DNA from: an uncultured Candidatus Binatia bacterium
GTDB taxonomy: Bacteria > Desulfobacterota > Binatia > Bin18
Length of the DNA: 64,000 nt
Direction of reading: 5' to 3'
Assembly: GCA_965200965.1 (NCBI GenBank)
Contig: OZ241744.1
Span: 288,001-352,000 of the forward strand
Position numbers and translations under genes: made by a program. This document shows positions 1-11,500 of this stretch, in pieces. The first letter of the stretch is position 1; every line of letters starts with the position of its first letter. A model generated the notes under the pieces. It was given only the letters and a program-made list of their open reading frames with translations, was not told the origin of the DNA and searched no databases.

Positions 1-752
1 ACCGCATACAGCGTTAAGACACTGGCCAGCCCGAACACCCCCAGCGTCCTCCCCACCTGCCGCCGTTCCGCCCGACTCCCCGCCCGCACCCAATCCACCA
101 CCCGCATCACCACCACCAGCACAAACAATCCCCCGCCCATGATGCGTAAGTTCGTTGCGACCCCCACCCCCACCCCACACAGCGCATACGCCCCCACCCC
201 CCCCCGCTGCCACGCCCGATGAATCAGGGCCAGACAGCCCAGGAAGGCCACCAGGAAGGGAATGTCCTTGGTGTTGAAAAACGAGTGGGCATACAGCCGG
301 GGATGGAGCACGAAGAGGCCGAGGGCCAGCAGGGCCAGCCAGCGGCTGCCGAACAGCCGGGAGGCCAGCCAGGCCGCGCCCCCGCCGCCAGCCAGAAAGC
401 AGAGGTGGGTGAGCAGATGGCGGCTCAAGTAGATGGCACGGCTGTCGGTGAGACCCAGCAGCCGCTCAACCAGCACCAGCGGCACTTCGAAGACAACGCT
501 GTAGTAGCGGTTGTGGGGGGGACCGGGGGGGCGCAGGGTCTCGGTGTCGCCCAGCGCATAGGCGATTACCGCCTGGCCGATCCCGTGTTGCTCCTCCTCG
601 TCCCGCCCCACCCCGTAATCGTCAAGGACGGCCAGACCCACCACGGCCAGCACCGCCAGGGCCAGCAGGACACTGTGGCGGGCCACGAAGGCCACCGCCG
701 CCGTGCCCCAGCCGGCCACGGACCGGGGAACGGAGGGACGCCCGCTTGTCAT
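1..752 (-). CDS. GT-C (PMT/ArnT-like) membrane glycosyltransferase, array copy 7; 5' part only, runs off the window
   Basis: ATG at 752 overlaps the TGA of the preceding copy (ATGA at 749-752). Translates MTSGRPSVPRSVAGWGT...VLDDYGVGRDEEEQHGIGQ and is near-identical to the other copies. Absent from the ORF track because it is truncated. Confidence 0.85.
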   Translation of the reverse strand, partial: MTSGRPSVPRSVAGWGTAAVAFVARHSVLLALAVLAVVGLAVLDDYGVGRDEEEQHGIGQAVIAYALGDTETLRPPGPPHNRYYSVVFEVPLVLVERLLGLTDSRAIYLSRHLLTHLCFLAGGGGAAWLASRLFGSRWLALLALGLFVLHPRLYAHSFFNTKDIPFLVAFLGCLALIHRAWQRGGVGAYALCGVGVGVATNLRIMGGGLFVLVVVMRVVDWVRAGSRAERRQVGRTLGVFGLASVLTLYA

Positions 753-3208
753 TGAGAGACTCCCGGCAGAGGCCGCCCAGCCCCGCCTCGCTCCGGCAAC
801 GCCACATCCACCGCCCAGCCCCGGCCCGCCTCAGCGACCTGCCCGGTGCGCAGCCGTGCCAGAGGATAGGCGGGCAGCCGTACCGTCGCCAGACACTTGT
901 CAGCAAACCGCGCCGCCTGCTGTACATGCGAAATGTCATGCCGCCACCAGTCAAAACCGAAATCCAGGACCGCAAACCCCAAGGACCGCCGCGCAGCGGC
1001 CAGCACCCCCCGCTCCCGGGGAAAGACATGCAGGAAGAAGCGCCCTTGCGTGTCCGCCGGCTGACACCCCGCTTTGACATACGTCAGGGTCCGCCCCTCC
1101 AGGTACAGGGCAAAGGCAGAGCGGGCCACCGGCGGGGCCGCCACCACCGCCCGGTATTTCGCCTGAAGCAGGTCGGTGGCGCGCACGCCAGCAGCCGACC
1201 ACGCCAGGGCAACGTGCCAGCGATCCACACCCCCGGGGGTGATCAGGCGGGCTTCAAGCGTTTGGATCGCATAGGGGGGCAGCGGGTGCCGGAGCAGACA
1301 CGCTCCGTCAAGGCGGACCCCGTAATCGTAAAAGCCGAAATGCCATATCTCACGGCCTGGCCCCGGCCGCCACCCGGGGCGGTCGGCAGCGGCAGCGGGG
1401 TCCACGGGTATGATATGGACCACGAAGCGCCCCCACACATCGGCCAAGCGGCAGGGGGCCTTTACCCAGCTCAAGGTGGTCCCGTCCAGGTACAGGTCAA
1501 ACGCCGAGCGGAGCAGGGGCGGCCCGGCTGTTGCGGCCCGGTAGAACTGCCGGTAGCGCTCGACGGTGGCCGCATCTACCAGGGCCGGGTCGCTCGCGCT
1601 CACCGTGAGGATGGTGTTGTTGTAGACTTGGCGGGTGTAGACAACGGGTGCGAAGGGGCGATCAAAACTGTACCTGTGATCGGTCACATGAAAGTCTCCC
1701 TGCTCCTCCACTCCGTCGGCAAAGACGAGGCGACGCCGGTCCGCCTTGGGCAGGATAACCCGATTCATGGTGTAGTGGATGCCGGGACGGTCACTGGAAT
1801 GGCTCGGCACTAGAGAGACAGGTGAATTGGGATAGCGCTGGAGCAGATATTCCAGCCCCTCCCGGTACGCCATCCCCCAATACTCCATGTCATACTGCCC
1901 ACGCAGATACTCGGGCGTGTGCCGGTCCACCAGCCGGTTGAAATAGAGGTGCTGGTAGGGATGAAGCCCCACCATTTCGATGACCACGCCAGCCAGGCCA
2001 GCCACGGCCAGACCATAGACACCGGCCCGCAGGGCTGGCCAGCGGCACACGCCAGCCAGCCGCCGCAGACCAGCCACGGCCAGCAGACACAGCGGGGCAT
2101 AGAGGAAATACATCTGCCGCCAGCCATTGTAGACATTGGCATTGAGGACGATGACGGCCCCAACGGGCAGGAGCACACAGGCCACGAGCAGGCCCTCAAA
2201 GCGGGTGGTGGGGTTGCGGAGCCACTCGCCGGGGTGGGTCAGAGTCTGCCAGAGCACGCCAGCCGCCCCGATGAGGCTCAGCAGCAGCACGCCCGGCGGG
2301 GTGGTGATGGCCAGCCAGGTCGGAATGTAGTGCGCCGGAATGGCCGGCCAGCGGATGAGTTCGCCTTGAAAGAGCATAGTAGGACGGTAAGGGTGCTGGG
2401 AGAGGACTGCAATCGCGTCAAGCAGTTCCAAGGGATTGCCCCACAGATAGGGCGAGACCGCATACAGCGTCAAGACACTGGCCAGCCCGAACACCCCCAG
2501 TGTCCTCCCCACCTGCCGCCGCTCCGCCCGATTTCCCGCCCGCACCCAATCCACTACCCGCATCACCATCACCGCCACAAACAATCCCCCGCCCATGATG
2601 CGTAAGTTCGTTGCGACCCCCACCCCCACCCCACACAGCGCATACGCCCCCACCCCCCCCCGCTGCCACGCCCGGTGAATCAGGGCCAGACAGCCCAGGA
2701 AGGCCACCAGGAAGGGAATGTCCTTGGTGTTGAAAAACGAGTGGGCATACAGCCGGGGATGGAGGACGAAGAGGCCGAGGGCCAGCAGGGCCAGCCAGCG
2801 GCTGCCGAACAGCCGGGCGGCCAGCCAGGCCGCGCCCCCGCCGCCAGCCAGAAAGCACAGGTGGGTGAGCAGATGGCGGCTCAAGTAGATGGCGCGGCTG
2901 TCGGTGAGGCCGAGCAGCCGCTCAACCAGCACCAACGGCACTTCGAAGACAACGCCGTAGTAGCGGTTGTGGGGGGGACCGGGGGGGCGCAGGGTCTCGG
3001 TGTCGCCCAGCGCATAGGCGATTGCCGCTTGGCCTCTCCCACGTTGATACTCCTCGTCCACCGCCGCCCCGTAATCGTCAAGGACGGCCACGCCCACCAC
3101 GGCCAGCACCGCCAGGGCCAGCAGGACACTGTGGGCGGCCACGAAAGCCACCGCCGCTGTGCACCAGCGGGCCACGCCCCGCAGGACGGAGGGACGCCCG
3201 CTTGTCAT
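749..3208 (-). CDS. GT-C (family 39/83-like) membrane glycosyltransferase, array copy 6, 819 aa, 2 C-terminal modules
   Basis: N-terminal TM helix, then DDYG..DE loop, many TM helices, HSFFNTKDIP motif, HPYQHLYFN...DMEYWG motif, soluble C-terminal modules. Confidence 0.8.
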   Translation of the reverse strand: MTSGRPSVLRGVARWCTAAVAFVAAHSVLLALAVLAVVGVAVLDDYGAAVDEEYQRGRGQAAIAYALGDTETLRPPGPPHNRYYGVVFEVPLVLVERLLGLTDSRAIYLSRHLLTHLCFLAGGGGAAWLAARLFGSRWLALLALGLFVLHPRLYAHSFFNTKDIPFLVAFLGCLALIHRAWQRGGVGAYALCGVGVGVATNLRIMGGGLFVAVMVMRVVDWVRAGNRAERRQVGRTLGVFGLASVLTLYAVSPYLWGNPLELLDAIAVLSQHPYRPTMLFQGELIRWPAIPAHYIPTWLAITTPPGVLLLSLIGAAGVLWQTLTHPGEWLRNPTTRFEGLLVACVLLPVGAVIVLNANVYNGWRQMYFLYAPLCLLAVAGLRRLAGVCRWPALRAGVYGLAVAGLAGVVIEMVGLHPYQHLYFNRLVDRHTPEYLRGQYDMEYWGMAYREGLEYLLQRYPNSPVSLVPSHSSDRPGIHYTMNRVILPKADRRRLVFADGVEEQGDFHVTDHRYSFDRPFAPVVYTRQVYNNTILTVSASDPALVDAATVERYRQFYRAATAGPPLLRSAFDLYLDGTTLSWVKAPCRLADVWGRFVVHIIPVDPAAAADRPGWRPGPGREIWHFGFYDYGVRLDGACLLRHPLPPYAIQTLEARLITPGGVDRWHVALAWSAAGVRATDLLQAKYRAVVAAPPVARSAFALYLEGRTLTYVKAGCQPADTQGRFFLHVFPRERGVLAAARRSLGFAVLDFGFDWWRHDISHVQQAARFADKCLATVRLPAYPLARLRTGQVAEAGRGWAVDVALPERGGAGRPLPGVSQ

Positions 3209-5679
3209 TGAGGGACTCCCGGCAAGGGCCGCCCCGCCCCGCCTCGCCCCGGCAACGCCACGTCCACCGCCCAGCCCCGGCCCGCCTCAGCGACCTGCCC
3301 GGTGCGGAGCCGCGCCAGAGGATAGGAGGGCAGTTGTACCGTCGCCAGACACTTGTCAGCAAACCGCGCCGCCTGCTGCACATGCGAAATGTCGTGCCAC
3401 CACCATTGGAAGCCGAAATCCAGGACCGCAAACCCGGCTGGCCGCTGCGCAGCGGTCAGCACCGCCCGGTCCCGGGGGAAGACATGCAGGAAGAAGCGCC
3501 CCTGCGTGTCCGCCCGCTGACACCCCGCTTTGACATAGGTCAGGGTCCGCCCGTCCAGGTACAGGGCAAAGTCAGAGCGGGCCACCGGCGGGGCTGCCAC
3601 CACCGCCCGGTATGTCGCCTCAAGTAGGTCGGTCGCGGTCACGCCAGCAGCCGACCACGCCAGGGCGACGTGCCAGCGATCCACGCCCCCGGGGGCGACC
3701 AGGCGGGCTTCAAGGGTCCGGATCGCATAGGGGGGCAGTGTCCGCCGGATCAGACACGCCCCGTCAAGGCGGACCCCGTAATCGGAAAAGCCGAAGTTCA
3801 GGATTTCAATGCCTGGCCCCGACCGCCACGCAGGGCGGTCGGCAGCGGCAGCGGGGTCCACGGGCACGACATAGACCACGAAGCGCCCCCGCACGTCGGC
3901 CGGCCGGCAGGGCACCTTCACCCAGCTCAAGGTGGCCCCCTCCAGGTACAGGTCAAACGCCGAGCGGAGCAGGGGTGGCCCGGCGGTGGTGGCCCGGTAG
4001 AGTTGCCGGTAGCGCTCGGCGGTGGCCGCATCCACCAGGGCCGGGTCGCTCGCGCTCACCGTGAGGATGGTGTTGTTGTAGACTTGACGGGTGTAGACAA
4101 GGGGTGCGAAGGGGAGATCACGGCTCTTGTCCCACCCGCTGAACATGTGATCGGTCACATAAAAGTCCCCCTCCTCCTCCAGCCCGTCGGCGAAGACAAT
4201 GCGACGCCGGGCTGCCTTGGGAAGGCTGCCCCAGTTCCGTATTTGATAGGCGGTGGGACGGCCGCTGGGACGGTCCGGCACCAGGGAGACGGGTGAGGCG
4301 GGATAGCGCTGGAGCAGATATTCCAGCCCCTCCCGGTACGCCGTCCCCCAGCGTCCCTCGTCATACTGCCCACGCAGGTACTCGGGCGTGTGCCGGTCCA
4401 CCAGCCGGTTGAAATAGAGGTGCTGGTAGGGATGAAGCCCCACCATTTCGATGACCACGCCAGCCAAGCCAGCCACGGCCAAGCCATAGACACCGGCCCG
4501 CAGGGCGGGCCAGCGGCACATGCCAGCCAGCCGCCGCAGACCAGCCACGGCCAGCAGACACAACGGGGCGTAGAGGAAATACATGGGCCGCCAGCCGCCG
4601 TAGACATTGGTATTCAGGACGATGACGGCCCCAACGGGCAGGAGCACGCAGGCCACGAGCAGCCCCTCAAAGCGGGTGGTGGGGTTGCGGAGCAACTCGC
4701 CGGGGTGGGTCAGAGTCTGCCAGAGCACGCCAGCCGCCCCGATGAGGCTCAGCAGCAGTACGCCCGGCGGGGTGGTGATGGCCAAGCAGGTCGGAATGTA
4801 GTGCGCCGGAATGGCCGGCCAGCGGATGAGTTCGCCTTGAAAGATCATAATGGGGCGGAAAGGATACTGGGAGAAAACCTTGACCGCGTCAAGCAGCTCC
4901 AAGGGATTGCCCCACAGATAGGGCGAGACCGCATACAGCGTCAAGGCACTGGCCAGCCCGAACACCCCCAGCGTCCTCCCCACCTGCCGCCGCTCCGCCC
5001 GATTTCCCGCCCGCACCCAATCCACTACCCGCATCACCATCACCGCCACAAACAATCCCCCGCCCATGATGCGTAAGTTCGTTGCGACCCCCACCCCCAC
5101 CCCACACAGCGCATACGCCCCCACCCCCCCCCGCTGCCACGCCCGGTGAATCAGGGCCAGACAGCCCAGGAAGGCCACCAGGAAGGGAATGTCCTTGGTG
5201 TTGAAAAACGAGTGGGCATACAGCCGGGGATGGAGGACGAAGAGGCCGAGGGCCAGCAGGGCCAGCCAGCGGCTGCCGAACAGCCGGGAGGCCAGCCAGG
5301 CCGCGCCCCCGCCGCCGGCCAGAAAGCACAGGTGGGTGAGGAGATGGCGGCTCAAGTAGATGGCGCGGCTGTCGGTGAGACCCAGCAGCCGCTCAACCAG
5401 CACCAGCGGTACTTCGAAGACGACACCGTAGTAACGGTTCTGGGAGGGACCGGGGGGGTGCAGGGTCTCGGTGTCGCCCAGCGCATAGGCGATTGCCGTC
5501 TGGCCGATCCCGTGTTGCTGATCCTCGTCCGGCCCCACCCCGTAATCGTCAAGGACGGCCAGACCCACCACGGCCAGCACCGCCAGGGCCAGCAGGACAC
5601 TGTGAGCGGCCACGAAGGCCACCGCCGCCGTGGACCAGCGGGCCACGCCCCGCAGGACGGAGGGACGCCCGCTTGTCAT
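3205..5679 (-). CDS. GT-C membrane glycosyltransferase, array copy 5, 824 aa, 2 modules
   Basis: ORF 3205..5823 trimmed to the MTSGRPS ATG at 5679 (ATGA overlap with the stop at 5676). Same architecture as copy 6. Confidence 0.8.
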   Translation of the reverse strand: MTSGRPSVLRGVARWSTAAVAFVAAHSVLLALAVLAVVGLAVLDDYGVGPDEDQQHGIGQTAIAYALGDTETLHPPGPSQNRYYGVVFEVPLVLVERLLGLTDSRAIYLSRHLLTHLCFLAGGGGAAWLASRLFGSRWLALLALGLFVLHPRLYAHSFFNTKDIPFLVAFLGCLALIHRAWQRGGVGAYALCGVGVGVATNLRIMGGGLFVAVMVMRVVDWVRAGNRAERRQVGRTLGVFGLASALTLYAVSPYLWGNPLELLDAVKVFSQYPFRPIMIFQGELIRWPAIPAHYIPTCLAITTPPGVLLLSLIGAAGVLWQTLTHPGELLRNPTTRFEGLLVACVLLPVGAVIVLNTNVYGGWRPMYFLYAPLCLLAVAGLRRLAGMCRWPALRAGVYGLAVAGLAGVVIEMVGLHPYQHLYFNRLVDRHTPEYLRGQYDEGRWGTAYREGLEYLLQRYPASPVSLVPDRPSGRPTAYQIRNWGSLPKAARRRIVFADGLEEEGDFYVTDHMFSGWDKSRDLPFAPLVYTRQVYNNTILTVSASDPALVDAATAERYRQLYRATTAGPPLLRSAFDLYLEGATLSWVKVPCRPADVRGRFVVYVVPVDPAAAADRPAWRSGPGIEILNFGFSDYGVRLDGACLIRRTLPPYAIRTLEARLVAPGGVDRWHVALAWSAAGVTATDLLEATYRAVVAAPPVARSDFALYLDGRTLTYVKAGCQRADTQGRFFLHVFPRDRAVLTAAQRPAGFAVLDFGFQWWWHDISHVQQAARFADKCLATVQLPSYPLARLRTGQVAEAGRGWAVDVALPGRGGAGRPLPGVPQ

Positions 5680-8558
5680 TGAGGGACCCCCGGCAGGGGT
5701 CGCCCAGCCCCGCCTCGCCCCGGCAACGCCACGTCCACCGCCCAGCCCCGGCCCGCCCCAGCAACCTGCCCGGTGCGCAGCCGCGCCAGAGGATAGGAGG
5801 GCAGTTGTACCGTCGCCAGACACTTGTCAGCAAACCGCGCCGCCTGCTGTACATGCGGCATGGCGTGCCGCCACCAGTCGTCAAAACTGAAATCCAGGAC
5901 CGCAAACCCCAAGGACCGCCGCGCAGCGGCCAGCACCCCCCGCTCCCGGGGAAAGACATGCAGGAAGAAGCGCCCTTGCGTGTCCGCCGGCTGACACCCC
6001 GCTTTGACATACGTCAGGGTCCGCCCCTCCAGGTACAGGGCAAAGGCAGAGCGGGCCACCGGCGGGGCCGCCACCACCGCCCGGTATTTCGCCTGAAGCA
6101 GGTCGGTGGCGCGCACGCCAGCAGCCGACCACGCCAGGGCAACGTGCCAGCGATCCACACCCCCGGGGGTGATCAGGCGGGCTTCAAGCGTTTGGATCGC
6201 ATAGGGGGGCAGCGGGTGCCGGAGCAGACACGTCCCGTCAACGCGGACCCCGTAATCGAAAAAGTCGAAATGCAGGATCTCACGGCTTGGCCCCGGCCGC
6301 CACGCAGGGCGGTCGGCAGCGGCAGCGGGGTCCACGGGCACGACATAGACCACGAAGCGCCCCCGCACATCGGCCGGACGACAGGGGGCCTTCACCCAGC
6401 TCAAGGTGTCCCCGTCCCGGTACAGGTCAAACGCCGAGCGGAGCAGGGGCCGCCCGGCGGTGGTGGCCCGGTAGAGTTGCCGGTAGCGCTCGACGGTGGC
6501 CGCGTCCACCGGGTCAAGCACGCGCTCGGTCGCAGTCACCCCAGCAGGGCTCCACTCAATGTCGACGTGCCAGTCAATGTCGACGTGCCAGCGATCCATT
6601 CTCGCTTCCTCGGGGGTGATCAGGCGGACTTCAAGGGTTTGGATTGGATAGGGGGGCAGCGGGTACCGGATCAGGCACACCCCGTCAAGGCGGACCCCGT
6701 AATCGAAAAAGTTGAAATACAGGACCTCAGCGGCAGCGGGGTCCACGGGCACGACCTCGACCGCGAAGCGCCCCCGCATATCGGCTGGCCGGCAGGGGGC
6801 CTTCACCCAGCTCAAGGTGGCCCCCTCCAGGTACAGGTCAAACTCTGAGCGGAGCAGGGGCGGCCCGGCGGTGGTGGCCCGGTAGAGTTGCCGGTAACGC
6901 TCGGCGGTGGCCCCGTCCACCACGGTCGGGTCGATCGCGCTCACCGTGAAGACGGTGTTGTTGTAGACTTGGCGGGTGTAGACAACGGGTGCGAAGGGGC
7001 GATCACGGCTCTTGTCCCGCGTGCGGAAACTGCGGTCGGTCGCATAAAAGTCTCCCTCCTCCTCCTCCACTCCGTCGGCAAGGATGATGCGACGCCGGGC
7101 TGCCTTGGGCAGGATAGCCCGGTTCATGGTGTAGGCATGGATGTCGCTATAGTCCGGCACTAGAGAGATGGGTGAGGCGGGATAGCGCTGGAGCAGATAT
7201 TCCAGCCCCTCCCGGTGTGCCGTCCCCCAGGAGTACAAGCCATACTGCTCACGCAGATACTCGGGCGTATTCCGGTCCACCAGCCGGTTGAAATAGAGGT
7301 GCTGGTAGGGATGAAGCCCCACCATTTCGATGACCACACCGGCCAGGCCAGCCACGGCCAAGCCATAGACACCGGCCCGCAGGGCGGGCCAGCGGCACAC
7401 GCCAGCCAGCCGCCGCAGACCGGCCACGGCCAGCAGACACAGCGGGGCGTAGAGGAAATACATCTGCCGCCAGCCATTGTAGACATTGGCATTGAGGACG
7501 ATGACGGCCCCAACGGGCAGGAGCACACAGGCCACGAGCAGGCCCTCAAAGCGGGTGGTGGGGTTGCGGAGCAACTCGCCGGGGTGGGTCAGAGTCTGCC
7601 AGAGCACGCCAGCCGCCCCGATGAGGCTCAGCAGCAACACGCCCGGCGGGGTGGTGATGGCCAGCCAGGTCGGAATGTAGTGCGCCGGAATGGCCGGCCA
7701 GCGGATGACTTCGCCTTGAAAGAGCATAGTAGGACGGGTAGGGTGCTGGCCGAGGACTGCAATCGCGTCAAGCAGTTCCAAGGGATTGCCCCACAGATAG
7801 GGCGAGACCGCATACAGCGTCAAGACACTGGCCAGCCCGAACACCCCCAGCGTCCTCCCCACCTGCCGCCGTTCCACCCGACTCCCCGCTCGCACCCAAT
7901 CCACCACCCGCATCACCACCACCGCCACAAACAATCCCCCACCCATGATGCGTAAGTTCGTTGCGACCCCCACCCCCACCCCACACAGCGCATACGCCCC
8001 CACCCCCCCCCGCTGCCACGCCCGGTGAATCAGGGCCAGACAGCCCAGGAAGGCCACCAGGAAGGGAATGTCCTTGGCGTTGAAAAACGAGTGGGCATAC
8101 AGCCGGGGATGGAGCACGAAGAGGCCGAGGGCCAGCAGGGCCAGCCAGCGGCTGCCGAACAGCCGGGAGGCCAGCCAGGCCGCGCCCCCGCCGCCGGCCA
8201 GAAAGCAGAGGTGGGTGAGCAGATGGCGGCTCAAGTAGATGGCGCGGCTGTCGGTGAGACCCAGCAGCCGCTCAACCAGCACCAGCGGTACTTCGAAGAC
8301 AACGCCGTAGTAGCGGTTGTGGGGGGCACCGGGGGGGCGCAGGGTCTCGGTGTCGCCCAGCGCATAGGCGATTGCCGCCTGGCCGCGCCCGCGTTGCAAC
8401 TCCTCGTCCACCCCCACTCCGTAATCGTCAAGGACGGCCAGGCCCACCACGGCCAGGACCGCCAGGGCCAGCAGGACACTGTGGGCGGTCACGAAAGCCA
8501 CCGCCGCCGTGCCCCAGCCGGCCACGGACCGGGGAACGGAGGGACGCCCGCTGGTCAT
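5676..8558 (-). CDS. GT-C membrane glycosyltransferase, array copy 4, 960 aa, 3 modules
   Basis: Same N-terminal domain; two RYRQLYRATTAG modules plus the terminal module. Confidence 0.8.
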   Translation of the reverse strand: MTSGRPSVPRSVAGWGTAAVAFVTAHSVLLALAVLAVVGLAVLDDYGVGVDEELQRGRGQAAIAYALGDTETLRPPGAPHNRYYGVVFEVPLVLVERLLGLTDSRAIYLSRHLLTHLCFLAGGGGAAWLASRLFGSRWLALLALGLFVLHPRLYAHSFFNAKDIPFLVAFLGCLALIHRAWQRGGVGAYALCGVGVGVATNLRIMGGGLFVAVVVMRVVDWVRAGSRVERRQVGRTLGVFGLASVLTLYAVSPYLWGNPLELLDAIAVLGQHPTRPTMLFQGEVIRWPAIPAHYIPTWLAITTPPGVLLLSLIGAAGVLWQTLTHPGELLRNPTTRFEGLLVACVLLPVGAVIVLNANVYNGWRQMYFLYAPLCLLAVAGLRRLAGVCRWPALRAGVYGLAVAGLAGVVIEMVGLHPYQHLYFNRLVDRNTPEYLREQYGLYSWGTAHREGLEYLLQRYPASPISLVPDYSDIHAYTMNRAILPKAARRRIILADGVEEEEGDFYATDRSFRTRDKSRDRPFAPVVYTRQVYNNTVFTVSAIDPTVVDGATAERYRQLYRATTAGPPLLRSEFDLYLEGATLSWVKAPCRPADMRGRFAVEVVPVDPAAAEVLYFNFFDYGVRLDGVCLIRYPLPPYPIQTLEVRLITPEEARMDRWHVDIDWHVDIEWSPAGVTATERVLDPVDAATVERYRQLYRATTAGRPLLRSAFDLYRDGDTLSWVKAPCRPADVRGRFVVYVVPVDPAAAADRPAWRPGPSREILHFDFFDYGVRVDGTCLLRHPLPPYAIQTLEARLITPGGVDRWHVALAWSAAGVRATDLLQAKYRAVVAAPPVARSAFALYLEGRTLTYVKAGCQPADTQGRFFLHVFPRERGVLAAARRSLGFAVLDFSFDDWWRHAMPHVQQAARFADKCLATVQLPSYPLARLRTGQVAGAGRGWAVDVALPGRGGAGRPLPGVPQ
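6556..6591. repeat. Perfect 18-bp tandem duplication (tcaatgtcgacgtgccag x2), in frame in copy 4
   Basis: Read directly; gives WHVDID-WHVDIE in the protein. Confidence 0.9.
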
Positions 8559-11500
8559 TGAGAGACTCCCGGCAGGGGCCGCCCAGCCCCGCCTCGCTCC
8601 GGCAACGCCACGTCCACCGCCCAGCCCCCGCCCGCCTCAGCGACCTGCCCGGTGCGCAGCCGTGCCAGAGGATAGGCCGGCAGCCGCACCGTCGCCAGAC
8701 ACTTGTCAGCAAACCGCGCCGCCTGCTGTACATGCGGCATGGCGTGCCACCACCAGTCGTCAAAACTGAAATCCAGGACCGCAAACCCGGCTGGCCGCCG
8801 CGCAGCGGCCAGCACCGCCCGGTCCCGGGGGAAGACCTCCAGGAAGAAGAGCCCTTGCGTGTCCGCCCGCTGACACCCCGCTTTGACATACGTCAGGGTC
8901 CGCCCCTCCAGGTAGAGGGCAAAGGCAGAGCGGGCCACCGGCGGGGCCGCCACCACCGCCCGGTACCGCGCCTCAAGCAGGTCGGTCGTGCGCACGCCAG
9001 CAGCCGACCACGCCAGGGCAACGTGCCAGCGATCCACGCCCTCGAGGGTGATCAGGCGGGCTTCAAGCGTTTGGATCGCATACGGGGGCAGCGGATGCCG
9101 GAGCAGACACGTCCCGTCAAGGGAGGCCCCGTAATCGGCAAAGCGGAAGGGCAGGATCTCACGGCCTGCCCCCGGCCGCCACCGGGGGCGACCGGCAGCA
9201 GCAGCGGGGTCCACGGGCACCACATAGACCACGAAGCGCCCCCGCACATCGGCCAAGTGACAGGGGGCCTTCACCCAACTCAAGGTGTCCCCGTCCCGGT
9301 ACAGGTCAAACGCCGAGCGGAGCAGGGGCCGCCCGGCGGTGGTGGCCCGGTAGAGTTGCCGGTAGCGCTCGGCGGTGGCCGCCACCACCGGGTTAAGCAC
9401 GCGCTCGGTCGCAGTCACACCAGCAGGGGTCCACTCAATGTGCCACTCAGTGTCGACGTGCCAGCGATCCACTCTCGCTTCCCTGGGGGTGATCAAGCGG
9501 ACTTCAAGGGTTTGGATCGCATAGGGGGGCAGCGGGTGCCGGATCAGACACGTCCCGTCAAAGTAGGCCCCGTAATCGGAGAAGTCGAAATGCAGGATCT
9601 CACGGCCTGCCCCCGGCCGCCACCCGGGGCGGCCGGCAGCGGCAGCAGGGTCCACGGGTATGACATCGACCGCGAAGCGCCCCTGCACATCGGCCGGCCG
9701 GCAGGGGGCCTTCACCCAACTCAAGGTGGCCCCCTCCAGGTACAGGTCAAACGCCGAGCGGAGCAGGGGCCGCCCGGCGGTGGTGGCCCGGTAGAGTTGC
9801 CGGTAGCGCTCGGCGGTGGCCGCCACCACCGGGTTAAGCACGCGCTCGGTCGCAGTCACCCCAGCAGGGGTCCACTCAATGGCGACGTGCAGATGCTCTA
9901 TGTCCCCGGGGGCGATCATGCGGACTTCAAGGGTTTGGATCGCATAGGGGGGCAGCGGGGGCCGGAGCAGACACGCCCCGTCAACGCGGACCCCGTAATC
10001 GAAAAAGTCGAAATGCAGGACCTCACGGCCTGCCCCCGGCCGCCACCAGGGGCGGCCGGCAGCAGCAGCGGGGTCCACGGGTATGACATCGACCACGAAG
10101 CGCCCCCGCATATCGGCCGGGTGACAGGGGGCCTTCACCCAGGTCAGGGTGGCCCCGTCCAGGTACAGGTCAAACGCCGAGCGGAGCAGGGGCCGCCCGG
10201 CGGTGGTGGCTTGGTAGAGTTGCCGGTAGCGCTCGGCGGTGGCCGCATCCACCACGGTCGGGTCGATCGCGCTCACCGTGAAGATGGTGTTGTTGTAGAC
10301 TTGGCGGGTGTAGACAACGGGTGCGAAGGGGAGATTACGGCTCTTGTCCCGCGGGCTGGACATGTGAAAGTCCACTTCCTCCCCTATTCCGTCAGCGAAG
10401 ACAATGCGACGCCGGTCCGCCTTGGGCAGGATAGCCCAGTTCACGGAATACTCCGCTAGAGAGATGGGTGAGGCGGGATAGTGCTGGAACAGATATTCCA
10501 GCCCCTCCCGGTACGCCGTCCACCAGTAGTCCATGCTGTACTGCCCACGCAGGTACTCGGGCGTATTCCGGTCCACCAGCCGGTTGAAATAGAGGTGCTG
10601 GTAGGGATGAAGCCCCACCATTTCGATGACCAGGCCAGCCAGGCCAGCCACGGCCAGGCCATGGACACCGGCCCGCAGGGCGGGCCAGCGGCACATGCCA
10701 GCCAGCCGCCGCAGACCAGCCACGGCCAGCAGACACAGCGGGGCGTAGAGGAAATACATCTGCCGCCAACCGTTGTAGACGCTGGCATTGAGGACGATGA
10801 CAGCCCCAACGGGCAGGAGCACGCAGGCCACGAGCAGCCCCTCAAAGCGGGTGGTGGGGTTGCGGAGCCACTCGCCGGGGTGGGTCAGAGTCTGCCAGAG
10901 CACACCAGCCGTCCCGATGAGGCTCAGCAGCAGCACGCCCGGCGGGGTGGTGATGGCCAGCCAGGTCGGAATGTAGTGCGCCGGAAGGTCCGGCCAGCGG
11001 ATTGCCTCGCCTTGAAAGAGCATAGTAGGACGGTGAGAGTGCTGGGAGAGAACTGCAATCGCGTCAAGCAACTCCAAGGGATTGCCCCACAGATGGGGCG
11101 AGACCGCATACAGCGTCAAGACACTGGCCAGCCCGAACACCCCCAGCGTCCTCCCCACCTGCCGCCGTTCCGCCCGATTTCCCGCTCGCACCCAATCCAC
11201 CACCCGCATCACCACCACCGCCACAAACAATCCCCCGCCCATGATGCGTAAGTTCGTTGCGACCCCCACCCCCACCCCACACAGCGCATACGCCCCCACC
11301 CCCCCCCGCTGCCACGCCCGGTGAATCAGGGCCAGACAGCCCAGGAAGGCGACCAGGAAGGGGATGTCCTTGGCGTTGAAAAACGAGTGGGCATACAGCC
11401 GGGGATGGAGGACGAAGAGGCCGAGGGCCAGCAGGGCCAGCCAGCGGCTGCCGAACAGCCGGGAGGCCAGCCAGGCCGCACCCCCGCCGCCCGCCAGAAA

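Noticed and set aside
5680-5823. 48-aa N-terminal extensions of ORFs 3205..5823 and 8555..11998
   Set aside because: They overlap the previous gene's 3' end. The ATGA-coupled MTSGRPS start matches the other copies.
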